From positions 33,294,001 through 33,358,000 of the forward strand of contig CATNEN010000038.1 of the NCBI GenBank assembly GCA_950097015.1: a DNA stretch of 64,000 nucleotides, written 5' to 3'. This DNA comes from Macrostomum hystrix. Lineage: Eukaryota > Animalia > Platyhelminthes. Each line of letters begins with the position of its first letter. Positions within the stretch are counted from its first letter, which is position 1. The position numbers and the translations under genes are program-made. This document shows, in pieces, positions 36,127-47,811 of the stretch. Under the pieces are notes generated by a model. That model made no database searches and was not told where the DNA came from. It saw only the letters and a list, made by a program, of their open reading frames with translations.

Positions 36127-39100
36127 ATGCCCATCACTACCCCAGCCCCAACTGGCGGCGATCGCGTTATCGCCCTAATCGACATGGACTGCTTCTACGT
36201 GCAGGTGGAGCTGCAGCACGAGCCAGATAAGATCGGCAAGCCGGCGGTGGTTGTCCAATACACTGGTGCGGGCCTGCTAGCGGTGTCCTACGAGGCTCGC
36301 GCTCTGGGCATTCGGCGTCACATGCGCTTGTCTGACGCGCAGCGGCTCTGTCCGGGCCTGATTGTGTTCCATGTGCCGGAAAAGCGCGGCAAAGCGGATA
36401 TTAGCCGATACCGCCAGGCCTCAGATTCTGTCATGTCGGCCCTGAGCACGCTTAGTCCGCAATTTCAGAAGGCTTCAATTGACGAAGCCTATGTTGATTT
36501 AACTGAACGGGTGGATAAAATGTTGGCAGAATCGGACCATTGGATGGAGCTGATAAAACCTGATCTCTTGTCAACCACCTGTATGGCTGTTGGCGGGCAG
36601 GGCGCTCTGCCTGATTGGCTTGGCCGTTGCTTAGCAACTGCTGCCGGTATGACGCGGGAGCAGCGACTGCGTTATCACGATTTAAGACTAGCTCTTGGCG
36701 CCTGTCTAGTTGAAGTGTGCAGGTGCGCCTACTCGATACTTCTGCAAAGATTAGATAAACCTGTGCTCAAACTGATTAGATTGATCTATGCTCAAACTGA
36801 TTAGATTGATCTATGCTCAAACTGATTAGATAAACCTGTGCTCAACTGATTAGATAAACCTGTGCTCAAACTGATTAGATTGATCTATGCTCAAACTGAT
36901 TAGATAAACCTGTGCTCAACTGATTAGATAAACCTGTGCTCAAACTGATTCGATAGATCTTTGTTCAAACTGATAGATCTGTGCTCAAATTGATTCGATA
37001 GATCTGTGCTCAAACTGATTAGATAAATCTTTCTCAAACTGATTAGATAAATCTGTGCTCAAACTGATTAGATAGAACTATATATATGCTTAAAGTCGAT
37101 CGCATCTTTTTAAAACAGGTCCGAAGTTCGAATTCGCCTAGGCTACAACTGCAGCGCCGGCCTAGCTGGCACAAAGACCCTAGCCAAGATTGCAGCCGGT
37201 TCCAACAAGCCGGCCCGCCAGACCCTGTCGCCTTGGTCGATGGCGCCGGAACTGATGGCGCCATTGCCGCTGGATCGAGTGCCCAGACTTGGAGGAAAAC
37301 TTGGACGTGCAATCAGCGCCCTTCTAGGCGGCAATGCCACTGTGGCTCATGTACTGGCCTCTGCTGGTGCATTATCAGCCCAGCTGGATTCCGCCAGCGC
37401 GCGCTACGCTCGCGACCTGTGCCGCGGCCTGGACGGTGGCGAAGCGGTTGTGCCCAGACTGGCCCAGACCTCGCTTGGCTGCTCCAAGAATTTCTACGAT
37501 CCGATTAGAGACGCTGGCACTCTCAAACGATGGCTTAACGACCTTGGTGACGAGTTGTTTGAGCGACTAACTCAGGATCGAACGGAGCACAGGTAACAAA
37601 TTTACATTGTCGGCTCCTGCTGCGTTTCTTTCTCTTGGTTCGACTCTTCCTTCGATTCTGCCTGTTTCTTTGACTCCTGCTGCGATTCCGCATGCAGCTT
37701 CGACTCCTGCTGCGATTCTGCATGTAGTTTCGACTCTTGCTTCGTTTCTGCCTGTTTCTTTGACTTCTGCGATTCCGCCTGTAGCTTCGACTTTTGCTTC
37801 GACTCCTGCTGCGATTCTGGCTGTAGCTTTGATTCCTGCTTCGATTCTGCCTGTTGCTTTGACTCCTGCTGCGATTCTGGCTGTAGCTTCGATTCTTGCT
37901 TCGATTCTGCCTGTTGCTTTGACTCCTGCTGCGATTCTGGCTGTAGCTTTGATTCTTGCTTCGATTCTGCCTGTTGCTTTGACTCCTGCTGCGATTCTGC
38001 TTGTAGCTTTGATTCTTGCTTCGATTCTGCCTGTTGCTTTGACTCCTGCTGCGATTCCGCTTGTAGCTTCGACTCCTGCTACGATTCTGCCGGTTGCTTC
38101 GATTCTTGCTTCGATTCTGCCTGTAGCTTCGGTTCCTGCTTCGTTTTTTTATTTTAGTTTGATTCTTTCTGCGATTTTCCATTGGTTAGACTTCAGCCTC
38201 GATTATTGTAGCTTTGGCTTTAGCGGCGCCGCAGCAAGCTTTCTGTGCGTGTCCATCATTATTACCCACCCAATTATCACCCACTCGCAGGCGCTGGCCA
38301 AGCCTGCTCTGCGTCGCATTCGGCTGGGATCGGGGGGCCCGTCGGCTGAGCAAGAGTCGCCAGCTCGCCACCGACTTCTGGCCAGAAGGTCGGGATCATT
38401 TTCTGCGCTTGTTAGACGCGCTAGTTGAATCGTCTGGCGTCCAAGTGGGCCCGGACTCGCCACTGGGCCATTTGCACGTCTCCGTTGGCAAATTTCGCAG
38501 TCTGGACTGCAGTCTAAACGATCGCGGCGGTGGCGACATTCGCAGCTTGCTGATGCGCCAGGCTGTCACAGCCTCAGCTGCCGCTGTCGACACAGCCGAT
38601 GACGAAGCGCATGACGAAGAGGACGACGTTGAAAATGACGATGACTCAAATTCTGCAATTATGGGCAAGAGAGACGCATGCGAAGGTGGAATCAGAAGTC
38701 TTTTTAAGCCTCAAAGCTCCGCTTGTCTGGCTGCTGCTGTTAGCGCTAATGCGGATGCTTCTTCTAGTAGCAACGATTGCAGTGAGTTTGCCTTACTTCC
38801 CATTGGCTCGGCTTCTTCCACCTCAATCAAATGCTTATTATTGGCTGCATGCGTTGTCTCCTTCACCAACCCCACTCCAGCCTCCCTATTGGCTGCTGGA
38901 ACACTTACCTTAGCCCACCCCACTCCAAGACTTTCTATTGGCTACGAGAAGACTTCCTTATCAGTCACCCCACTCCAAGACTTCCTATTGGCTACGAGAA
39001 GACTTCGTTATCAGTCACCCCACTCCAAGACTTCCTATTGGCTACGAGAAGACTTCCTTATCAGTCACAGTCACCCCACTCTAAGACTTCCTATTGGCTG

Positions 39101-39523
39101 CGAGAAGACTTCCTTATCAGTCACCCCACTCCAAGACTTCCTATTGGCTCAATTTTTCCAGCCGTAGGGTCATCAGCAGCGGCCGGTGTAGAAGCTGCAG
39201 CTGCAGCATCAGTTGAAGCTGATCAGTTGAAGTTAACTGTAGAATGCGATCAATGTCGACCGCCTCGAGCGATTCCAATGACCGACTGGATGGAGCATCA
39301 GGACTATCACACTGCTGTTAGTCTGCAGCGCAGCATTCAGCTGGAGTTCAAAGCTGAACAACAACAACAACAGCAGCAGCAGCAGCAACAGCAACAGTCA
39401 CGCAAAAGACCTGCTGCACCGCGGGGCGGTAGCATCGGAAACGGCAGCAAACGGCGAAGCGGCGGTGGGTCTAGCGGCGGCAGCAGCGGTCCCACGCTCG
39501 ATTCCTATTTTCGCAAAGCTTGA
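36127..39523 (+). CDS. POLH: DNA polymerase eta (Y family); exons 36127-36722, 37119-37592, 38291-38781, 39162-39523
   Basis: DRVIALIDMDCFYVQVE, AVSYEAR, ASIDEAYVDL, CSAGLAGTKTLAK..NKP..QT, UBZ CDQC...EHQDYH, NLS RKRP, C-terminal PIP-like TLDSYF. In-phase GT-AG introns; acceptor tttcag at 35946. Confidence 0.93.
36748..37075. repeat. ~23-25-bp minisatellite in POLH intron 1
   Basis: Unit gattagataaacctgtgctcaaact and variants. Confidence 0.85.
37612..38142. repeat. 30/60-bp minisatellite in POLH intron 2
   Basis: Unit gactcctgctgcgattctg(g/c)ctgtagctt and variants; explains spurious ORFs 37535-38182 and 37607-38428. Confidence 0.85.
38870..39150. repeat. ~51-bp minisatellite in POLH intron 3
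   Basis: Unit caccccactccaagacttcctattggctacgagaagacttccttatcagt. Confidence 0.8.
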
Positions 39524-39744
39524 CTTGTGTCTAGTTTTATACTACTTAGTTCAGTTCACGCTTAGTAGTGTGTTCTAAATTCCAATTTTCTAACTGTATT
39601 TAATAGTAGCGAATTTATACCGAGATATTTAGATACAGGCATTTCGATTTTTCAATTTGCGCTGAATAAATATTTTCTGGATCATTTAATTGAGTATTGC
39701 ATTTTAACCTAGCGTATTTTGATTTAACAAATACATTTTTTTGC

Positions 39745-41583
39745 TACCTGATCTCATAGTGCAGATTTAGCAAATATGTCCTTATCTACCTGATCCTGAT
39801 CTCAGAGTGCAGTTCCAGCTAATCTGTGTCCTTATCTACCTGATCTCAGAGTGCAGTTCCAGCTAATCTGTGTCTTTATCTACCTGATCTCAGAGTGCAG
39901 TTCCAGCTAATCTGTGTCTTTATCTACCTGATCTCAGAGTGCAGTTCCAGCTAATCTGTGTCTTTATCTACCTGATCTGAGAGTGCAGTTCCAGCTAATC
40001 TGTGTCTTTATCTACCTGATCTCAGAGTGCAGTTCCAGCTAATCTGTGTCTTTATCTACCTGATCTCAGAGTGCAGTTCCAGCTAATCTGTGTCCTTATC
40101 TACCTGATCTCAGAGTGCAGTTCCAGCCAATCTGTGTCTTTATCTACCTGATCTCAGAGTGCAGTTCCAGCTAATCTGTGTCTTTATCTACCTGATCTCA
40201 GAGTGCAGTTCCAGCTAATCTGTGTCTTTATCTACCTGATCTCAGAGTGCAGTTCCAGCTAATCTGTGTCCCTATCTACCTGATCTCAGAGTGCAGTTCC
40301 AGCTAATCTGTGTCCCTATCTACCTGATCTCAGAGTGCAGTTCCAGCTAATCTGTGTCCTTATCTACCTGATCTCAGAGTGCAGTTCCAGCTAATCTGTG
40401 TCTTTATCTACCTGATCTCAGAGTGCAGTTCCAGCTAATCTGTGTCTTTATCTACCTGATCTCAGAGTGCAGTTCCAGCTAATCTGTGTCCTTGTCTACC
40501 TGATCTCAGAGTGCAGTTCCAGCTAATCTGTGTCTTTATCTACCTGATCTCAGAGTGCAGTTCCAGCTAATCTGTGTCCTTATCTACCTGATCCTTATCT
40601 AAGAGTGCAGTTCCAGCTAATCTGTGTCCTTATCTACCTGATCTCAGAGTGCAGTTCCAGCTAATCTGTGTCTTTATCTACCTGATCTCAGAGTGCAGTT
40701 CCAGCTAATCTGTGTCTTTATCTACCTGATCTGAGAGTGCAGTTCCAGCTAATCTGTGTCTTTATCTACCTGATCTCAGAGTGCAGTTCCAGCTAATCTG
40801 TGTCCTTATCTACCTGATCTCAGAGTGCAGTTCCAGCCAATCTGTGTCTTTATCTACCTGATCTCAGAGTGCAGTTCCAGCTAATCTGTGTCTTTATCTA
40901 CCTGATCTCAGAGTGCAGTTCCAGCTAATCTGTGTCCCTATCTACCTGATCTCAGAGTGCAGTTCCAGCTAATCTGTGTCCTTATCTACCTGATCTCAGA
41001 GTGCAGTTCCAGCTAATCTGTGTCTTTATCTACCTGATCTCAGAGTGCAGTTCCAGCTAATCTGTGTCTTTATCTACCTGATCTCAGAGTGCAGTTCCAG
41101 CTAATCTGTGTCTTTATCTACCTGATCTCAGAGTGCAGTTCCAGCTAATCTGTGTCCTTATCTACCTGATCTCAGAGTGCAGTTCCAGCTAATCTGTGTC
41201 TTTATCTACCTGATCTCAGAGTGCAGTTCCAGCTAATCTGTGTCTTTATCTACCTGATCTCAGAGTGCAGTTCCAGCTAATCTGTGTCCTTGTCTACCTG
41301 ATCTCAGAGTGCAGTTCCAGCTAATCTGTGTCTTTATCTACCTGATCTCAGAGTGCAGTTCCAGCTAATCTGTGTCCTTATCTACCTGATCCTTATCTAA
41401 GAGTGCAGTTCCAGCTAATCTGTGTCCTTATCTACCTGATCCTGATCTCAGAGTGCAGTTCCAGATAATCTGTGTCCTTATCTACCTGATCTCTGAGTGC
41501 AGTTCCAGCTAATCTGTGTCCTTATCTACCTGATCCTTATCTAAGAGTGCAGTTCCAGCTAATCTGTGTCCTTATCTACCTGA
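39745..41583. repeat. 44-bp minisatellite (~41 copies) between POLH and the RILPL-like gene
   Basis: Unit tctacctgatctcagagtgcagttccagctaatctgtgtc(t/c)tta. Confidence 0.95.
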
Positions 41584-41613
41584 ACTAAGATCATGTCCTT
41601 TTGTAGACCTGTC

Positions 41614-41627
41614 GTTGCTATGGTAAC
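41614..41627. promoter_or_regulatory. RFX X-box upstream of the RILPL-like gene
   Basis: GTTGCTATGGTAAC matches the palindromic X-box consensus GTNRYYATRRYAAC, ~120 bp upstream of the ATG. Confidence 0.65.
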
Positions 41628-41748
41628 CTATAGTCAGTTATGTTAAAATTTTCTTGACAAATCGTTTGCAGCTCGGTTTCTAGGCTGTAAAACCAAGTAA
41701 ATTCAGTGACACTGCAGGCTGCAAATCAGCTGCACCATCTTGTTGAGC

Positions 41749-44700
41749 ATGGCCGTTGTCTCAACAGTTGCCGACGTTTACGATGCAGCTTCGGCTATCG
41801 GCAAAGATTTCGAATTATTGATCGATCGCTATGGACCGGACTGCGTCTCCGGCCTAATGCCGAAAGTCATTGGCGTCTTAGAAGAGCTCGAGTCTGTCAC
41901 TGGCCAGCGCGAGGACGACGCCAGACGGCTGGCCGAATTAGACCGCTGCCAGGAGCGACTGGAAGCCGAGCGGCGCGCTCGCCAAGCTGACAGAGGTCGC
42001 TACGAGCGAGAACTAGAACAATCCGAGGATTTGTGGCGCGGCGAAGCCAAAGAGCTTAGCGAAGCTTTGGCCAGACTGCAGGAGGAGAATAGGAGGCTGA
42101 GTACTGCTGCTGCCGTTGCAGCCAGCTCAGCCAGAGATGACGGCATTATTGTTGACTCGCCTGCGGCTGGCGCACCCGAGGCTTCAGCAGGTGGCGTTGC
42201 TGCTAAAGGTTTAAGAGAGGCTTCGCCGCATGGCCGTCTGCAGCAGATGCCAGATCTGCAGGTGAGCGCTGGGCACTGAAGGATCTGTGGATGGGCACTG
42301 AAGGATCAGTTGAAGGAACTGAAGGATCAGTTGAATGCACTGAAGGATCAGTTGAAGGAACTGAAGGATCAGTTGAATGCACTGAAGGATCAGTTGAAGG
42401 AACTGAAGGATCAGTTGAAGGAACTGAAGGATCAGTTGAAGGAACTGAAGGATCAGTTGAATGCACTGAAGAATCAGTTGAAGGCACTGAAGAATCAGTT
42501 GAAGGCACTGAAGGATCAGTTGAAGGCACTGAAGAATCAGTTGAATGCACTGAAGGATCAGTTGAAGGCACTGAAGGATCAGTTGAAGGAACTGAAGGAT
42601 CAGTTGAATGCACTGAAGGATCAGTTGAAGGAACTGAAGGATCAGTTGAATGCACTGAAGGATCAGTTGAAGGCACTGAAGGATCAGTTGAAGGAACTGA
42701 AGGATCAGTTGAATGCACTGAAGGATCAGTTGAAGGAACTGAAGGATCAGTTGAAGGCACTGAAGAATCAGTTGAATGCACTGAAGGATCAGTTGAAGGC
42801 ACTGAAGGATCAGTTGAATGCACTGAAGGATCAGTTGAAGGAACTGAAGGATCAGTTGAAGGCACTGAAGGATCAGTTGAAGGAACTGAAGGATCAGTTG
42901 AATGCACTGAAGGATCAGTTGAAGGAACTGAAGGATCAGTTGAAGGCACTGAAGAATCAGTTGAATGCACTGAAGGATCAGTTGAAGGCACTGAAGGATC
43001 AGTTGAAGGAACTGAAGGATCAGTTGAATGCACTGAAGGATCAGTTGAATGCACTGAAGGATCAGTTGAAGGCACTGAAGAATCAGTTGAATGCACTGAA
43101 GGATCAGTTGAAGGAACTGAAGGATCAGTTGAATGCACTGAAGGATCAGTTGAAGGAACTGAAGGATCAGTTGAATGCACTGAAGGATCAGTTTAAGGAA
43201 ATGAAGGATCAGTTTAAGGAAATGAAGGATCAGTTGAATGCACTGAAGGATCAGTTGAATGCACTGAAGGATCAGTTGAATGCACTGAAGGATCAGTTGA
43301 ATGCACTGAAGGATCAGTTGAATGCACTGAAGGATCAGTTGAATGCACTGAAGGATCAGTTGAAGGAAATGAAGGATCAGTTGAATGCACTGAAGAATCA
43401 GTTGAATGCACTGAAGGATCAGTTGAATGCACTGAAGGATCAGTTGAATGCACTGAAGGATCAGTTGAATGCACTGAAGAATCAGTTGAATGCACTGAAG
43501 GATCAGTTGAATGCACTGAAGGATCAGTTGAATGCACTGAAGGATCAGTTGAAGGAAATGAAGGATCAGTTGAATGCACTGAAGAATCAGTTGAATGCAC
43601 TGAAGGATCAGTTGAATGCACTGAAGGATCAGTTGAAGGAAATGAAGGATCAGTTGAATGCACTGAAGGATCAGTTGAATGCACTGAAGGATCAGTTGAA
43701 GGAAATGAAGGATCAGTTGAATGCACTGAAGAATCAGTTGAATGCACTGAAGGATCAGTTGAATGCACTGAAGGATCAGTTGAATGCACTGAAGGATCAG
43801 AAGGGAAGCTCTGATTGACGAAAGTGAAAATGAAGGGTTGTAATTTAGATAGGTTATATGCAAAAGGCAAATGGGCAAACTATTTTTAACGGAAGACTAT
43901 TCTAGCAGATTAACTATTGTAGGGCTATAAAAGGATAATAAAAAGCGAAGTTTCAGTTAATTTACGTGTAGCATATAGCACAGGAAGTATTCCACAGTTA
44001 TGGCAATGCTAGGCTATAAATTACGAAGCTTATCCTAGGCGAGCAACTTTGATTAGATTTTAATTGCTATAAAAATTGTATTTGTGATAAGGAGTTTTGA
44101 ACCTCCCTCAGTCCAATAAAACTGAATGACTTGACACTCACACAGATGCGCACATCTGCCCTGACTTACTAATGATGAGAAACCTCATGAAACTCCAGGG
44201 CATGGCGAAACTCAAGGCCACCATTGAGACCCAGCGCGATGAAATCCGTCGACTGCAGCGCGAACTGGCCCAGAGTCTGGCGGACTCCGAGGCGCTGCAG
44301 TCTCAGTCTGATCGGCTGGCTAGGGCCAACGCTGAGTACAGGCGTAAGCACAGTGTGAGCAGTCGGCAGGCTCAGCGACTGTTGGAGGGTCAGGCCGATT
44401 TGGAGGCCAGACTAGCTGCCAGCGATCAGGCCCTGCGATTGGCTGCTGAGGCGGCTGCGGCCTCCGCTGCTGACGGCTGGGTCGATGCGGTGAGGCGTCC
44501 TTTGACTTTAGTTATCTTAGCGGTTAGTGGGGATTATAGCCTGGTAGTTAGATTGTTGTACTCGCGTCTTAAAGGTCGGGGGTTCGATTCGTAACTCCTC
44601 TGGAACTTATTGTGTCCTTTTAACGCTGAAAATGCATTTAACCAGCTGTTAAATGGGTACCAACATCAGCTGGGGTAATTGAGGGTGGGTCATGGCGTCC

Positions 44701-46602
44701 CCCGTTGTCTTTCTACTGTTTTAGCAAATATAATCAATTCTTTGCATTATTATTATTATTAGTTAGGTGCGTATCTAAATCGCAGGCTACTCAAACACTG
44801 ACTGACAATGAACAACTGATTGCGGCTGCTGCTGCTGCTGCTGTTGCGACAAAAATCGAGAAGTGCGAAAGCGCTGACAGTCACAAGGTTGGTAGTTGAA
44901 AATGATTCAACAGAAAGCGGTGGGCACGGGCGTTAAGATGAAAACTATTACCCCCCTCCTAATTCTATCTATTGTACCCGAAATTCGCTACAGCAGCAGC
45001 CAGCCCTGATGACTCAGGATCAACTGATGGAGAGGCTGCGAAATGAGGGCAAACTTATCATCGACAAGACTGATCCGAATAGGCCCAGATTCACCCTGTG
45101 CGAGCTCAGGGACGTGCTCACTGAGAGGAACGAGTTGAAGGTGCGACTAATCGAAGTTGAAGAAGAGCTGACAGCTTATAAGCAGGCCAGGTGAGATTCG
45201 AATGTTCACAGACGCTTGAAGCTAAATTAGTAAATTTAGTGTGATTTTGTCCAACTTCCACTCCCATAGAGTGTGATTTTGAGCCACTTCCACTCCCATA
45301 GAGAGTGATTTTGTCCCACTTCCACTCCCATAGAGAGTGATTTTGTCCCACTTCCACTCCCATAGAGAGTGATTTTGTCCCACTTCCACTCCCATAGAGA
45401 GTGATTTTGTCCCACTTCCACTCCCATAGTGTGATTTTGTCCAACTTCCACTCCCATAGAGTGATTTTGTCCAACTTCCACTCCCATAGAGTGATTTTGT
45501 CCAACTTCCACTCCCATAGAGTGATTTTGTCCCACTTCCACTCCCATAGAGTGTGATTTTGTCCCACTTCCACTTCCATAGAGTGTGATTTTGTCCCACT
45601 TCCACTCCCATAGAGTGTGATTTTGTCCCACTTCCACTCCCATAGTGTGATTTTGTCCCACTTCCACTCCCATAGAGTGTGATTTTGTCCCACTTCCACT
45701 CCCATAGAGTGTGATTTTGTCCCACTTCCACTCCCATAGAGTGTGATTTTGTCCCACTTCCACTTCCATAGAGTGTGATTTTGTCCCACTTCCACTCCCA
45801 TAGAGTGTGATTTTGTCCCACTTCCACTCCCATAGTGTGATTTTGTCCCACTTCCACTCCCATAGAGTGTGATTTTGTCCCACTTCCACTCCCATAGAGT
45901 GTGATTTTGTCCCACTTCCACTCCCATAGAGTGATTTTGTCCAACTTCCACTCCCATAGAGTGATTTTGTCCCACTTCCACTCCCATAGAGTGTGATTTT
46001 GTCCCACTTCCATAGAGTGTGATTTTGTCCCACTTCCATAGAGTGTGATTTTGTCCCACTTCCACTCCCATAGAGTGATGTTGTCCATTTTTCACTTCCA
46101 TAGAGTGTGATTTCGAGCCACTTTCACTCCCATAGAGTGTGATTTTGAGCCACTTCCACTCCCATAGAGTGTGATTTTGAGCCACTTCCACTCCCATAGA
46201 GTGTGATTTTGAGCCACTTCCACTCCCATAGAGTGTGATTTTGAGCCACTTCCACTCCCATAGAGTGTGATTTTATGCGACTTACACTACCATGGAGTGT
46301 GATTTTATCCCACTTGTTATCTTTCTGCAGTGAAAAAGCAGCAGCAGCGGCAGCAGCAGCAGCAGCAGTATCGCCAGAAGATGCTCCAGTTCAGGGTCCC
46401 ATTAATCGTGAACCGGACGATAAGCTGTTTCCACAGGAAGATTCAGTGGGCAGTCGGATTGGTATCAAACACTTGTGAGTCACAATGCGAATTCACTTTT
46501 GCTGTTTATTTATTAATTTCTGATTTAATGAAAACTTTTGGTTAATTAATTGAAAAACTTATTTTCAGTTTTCAAGGCCTGTTAGATCGAGTGCATAACT
46601 GA
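41749..46602 (+). CDS. RILPL1: RILP-like protein (RILPL1/2 family); exons 41749-42261, 44199-44489, 44786-44887, 44994-45190, 46331-46474, 46569-46602
   Basis: RH1 ([21 protein letters not shown]...[13 protein letters not shown]), [15 protein letters not shown]2 ([23 protein letters not shown]), [11 protein letters not shown] and GIKHFF. All junctions in phase. Confidence 0.87.
42292..43800. repeat. 21-bp minisatellite (~72 copies) in RILPL intron 1
   Basis: Unit actgaaggatcagttgaa(tgc/gga/ggc). Confidence 0.95.
44537..44705 (+). mobile_element. tRNA-derived SINE family B (RILPL intron 2)
   Basis: tagcctggtagttag...ggtcgggggttcgattc head; ccagctgttaaatgggtacc core. Confidence 0.65.
45238..46310. 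repeat. 29-31-bp minisatellite in RILPL intron 4
   Basis: Unit gtgattttgtcccacttccactcccatagagt. Confidence 0.95.
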
Positions 46603-47269
46603 TGATAGAGCGACATCTGGTGTACTTGTGTGTTTACGAATAATCTTTAACCAAACAATTTCTTTATCTCATTGATATAATTATTGATAGAGCATATTAT
46701 TTTGCATTTTTTATCTAGTCACACTTTTTTTCTGTGTTTTAGTTTTCTTTCTAAATTTTCCATATCCTTGTCGATCTGCTGCGTGTTGTGACATTTTAAT
46801 GTCTGCTTTGTGATATTTATCACCTGATATATACAATCTAGCTTGCACTTTTAGATAGATTGATTGCCGGATAAAATGTTGTCCTGTAGCATTTTTCACT
46901 GTTTATAATTGCTATGTCGTCTATATAGTTTATCATTTTACAATGTACTTTGTAAAGTTAACTCTTTGGCGTTAATCTTAAATTATTATTAATTATTATT
47001 TTTATTTATAGTTGTTTCTTATCGTCTGTGAGTTATTGTTTATTTCATTTTAGTAATCATGAATATTCTACTGAAGCGATCCTCAGAACTTACGCTACGA
47101 CAATATACCGGCTAAGAAATACAGTGATGAAACTAGTCAACGAGTTTCAGCTTTCACGAAACAGAATTTTTTCGGAAACTTTTAACTGATTTTAGCAAAT
47201 ATGTTAAACTTTTTTGGCTTAAACTGTTTAGTTTACGAAAACAACGAATTTTAACAGAAGTCTGCGGCT

Positions 47270-47492
47270 GTTCAGTCCGGCTGTTCAGTCCATGGACTGG
47301 GGGGGACGCCACACCCAGCCTGTCCCCAGCTGATCCTGGTACCCATTTAGCAGGTTCAGGTTCAGCTGGGTGAACTGAAGCAATGCAGACTTTATTGCGT
47401 CTTTCTATAAGACCCCAGTGGATCAGTGGAGTCGGGAATTAAACTCCCGACCTTCCTAGTAATGAGTGCGACTCTTTAAACCACGAGGCTAC
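47270..47492 (-). mobile_element. tRNA-derived SINE family B
   Basis: Reverse complement of the family B core (ggtacccattt...cagctgggtgaactgaagcaatg) and head (cccgacct...accacgaggcta). Confidence 0.65.
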
Positions 47493-47811
47493 AGTCCAAT
47501 AGCCGCACAAAGACTGCGAACACTACATGACAGACTCAAAAGGACAAAAAATACAAATAAAAAACAAACTAGTCGGAAACCTGTTTTCGCCAATGACACT
47601 GAAATAAGCACGGGCATCATTTGATTGAGTTTTTTAATTCGCAAAAACGAAAATTTTTAATTATGTTTTTTAATTTTTTAGGTCACATTTTTTAGCTTCT
47701 CTGTTGCAAGATGTTCTCAATTAGGACTTGTATGTCGACTGAATCTGTAAAAGCCGAAACTTAGAAAACTAAATTGAAACCTCATCTTGACTTTGTGACT
47801 TTTTTATATAG

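Noticed and set aside
39745-41583. Long regular arrays as CRISPR loci
   Set aside because: Head-to-tail units with no unique spacers, no cas genes, eukaryotic context.
42203-43878. Long minus-strand ORFs (STDPSV, QLILQC repeats)
   Set aside because: By-products of a 21-bp repeat inside an intron of a + strand gene.
45118-46197. Three overlapping minus-strand ORFs ([10 protein letters not shown] etc.)
   Set aside because: Minisatellite translations within RILPL intron 4.
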